Shown one piece after another: positions 63,330 to 64,000 of a DNA stretch of 64,000 nt. A program made the translations under genes and the position numbers. The notes beneath the pieces were generated by a model. That model worked only from the letters and a program-made list of their open reading frames with translations. It did no database searches and was not told the DNA's origin. Origin of the DNA: Glaucostegus cemiculus (taxonomy: Eukaryota); assembly GCA_976551045.1 (NCBI GenBank), contig CDPCPM010000281.1, positions 10,974,001 to 11,038,000 on the forward strand, read 5' to 3'. The stretch's first letter is position 1; each line of letters starts with the position of its first letter.

Positions 63330-64000
63330 ATCTACAAAATGCCCAGGTCACTCTGACAGCATCTCCCAAATGTGTGACCTCTATCATCAGTAAGGACAAT
63401 GTCTTCCAGTAGGTTCCCCTCCAAGTTCCGCAAAATCCCCTTTTGGAAATATATGACTGATTTTTTATCATCACTAGATCTAAGTCCTGGAGCTTCCTGC
63501 TCAAAGGCACTGTGGAAGTACCTGAAGGTATGCAGCGGTTCAAGAATGCAGCTCACCACCACCTTCTCAAGAGCAACCAGAGAGGAGCAATAAATGCTGG
63601 CCTTGCCAATGATGCCTGGGTTCCAGAAAATGGGTAAATATTTTTTAAGTGAGTTAAAGCTTGAGTTAGCAATTTGAGTTAGCGATATGACAGCAATATT
63701 GAGTTGGCAATATGACAGAACGAGGAAGAAATTTAAGTAACTTTCATTCCTGAAATCCAGATGGTGTGCAGATTACAGAGGAAGCCCCGGGTGGTAGTGC
63801 TCCCATGAACCTGCTGCCCTTGTCCTTTTTGATAGTCATGGCTTTGGGAGGTCCTGTCTGTGTAATCAGGGTGAGTATGTGCACTGCATTTTGTAGACAG
63901 TACACACTGTAGCTACTGTGGAGATAATGAACATAGTTGGTGGGACACCAATGAAGCAGTCTGGATCAGCGATATAGTTCCAAGTCACAGAGCATCGTGA
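63330..64000. mobile_element. Two CR1-clade LINE 3' ends, tail to tail (+ to ~63640, - from ~63780)
   Basis: gcagctcaccaccaccttctcaagagcaacc...caataaatgctggccttgcc; reverse copy ctcccatgaacctgctgcccttgtcc. Confidence 0.7.
63649..63719. repeat. Short degenerate tandem repeat (TTGAGTTAGCAA / ATATGACAG)
   Basis: gagttaaagc ttgagttagc aatttgagttagcgatatgacag caatattgagttggcaatatgacag. Confidence 0.7.

Noticed and set aside
63050-63330. Possible Deu-domain SINE remnant (also ~54030-54200)
   Set aside because: Similarity is too degenerate to support without an alignment.

Overview
Eukaryotic DNA from a cartilaginous fish, probably a ray or sawfish. This is inferred from the HE1/V-type SINEs and the CR1, Rex1, RTE, Tx1 and Penelope-like repeats. 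The window holds the 5' part of one host gene, syntaxin-1A (stx1a), on the minus strand: coding exon 1 (59617-59646, MKDRTQELRA), exon 2 (38879-38956) and exon 3 (13118-13217), all with canonical GT-AG sites and matching phases. Introns 1 and 2 are about 20.7 kb and 25.7 kb. I could not find exon 4, which probably lies left of the window. Nearly all ORFs in the track are spurious or pieces of decayed transposons. The most unusual items are: (i) a ~600-bp array of roughly 30 degenerate GTGAAATTAACA motifs between two CpG islands at the stx1a promoter; (ii) an upstream CpG island with a strong-Kozak ATG and an in-phase donor that could replace the Munc18-binding N-peptide; (iii) many Penelope-derived palindromes carrying minimal hammerhead-ribozyme relics, where the only intact core I found lies upstream of the gene; (iv) a ~250-bp templated copy of nearby Gypsy RT sequence inside a SINE; (v) a two-gene Harbinger fossil; (vi) SINEs sharing a head but carrying different LINE tails. 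No convincingly new biological system is demonstrated. Repeat boundaries are approximate and family calls come from recognition, not database searches.
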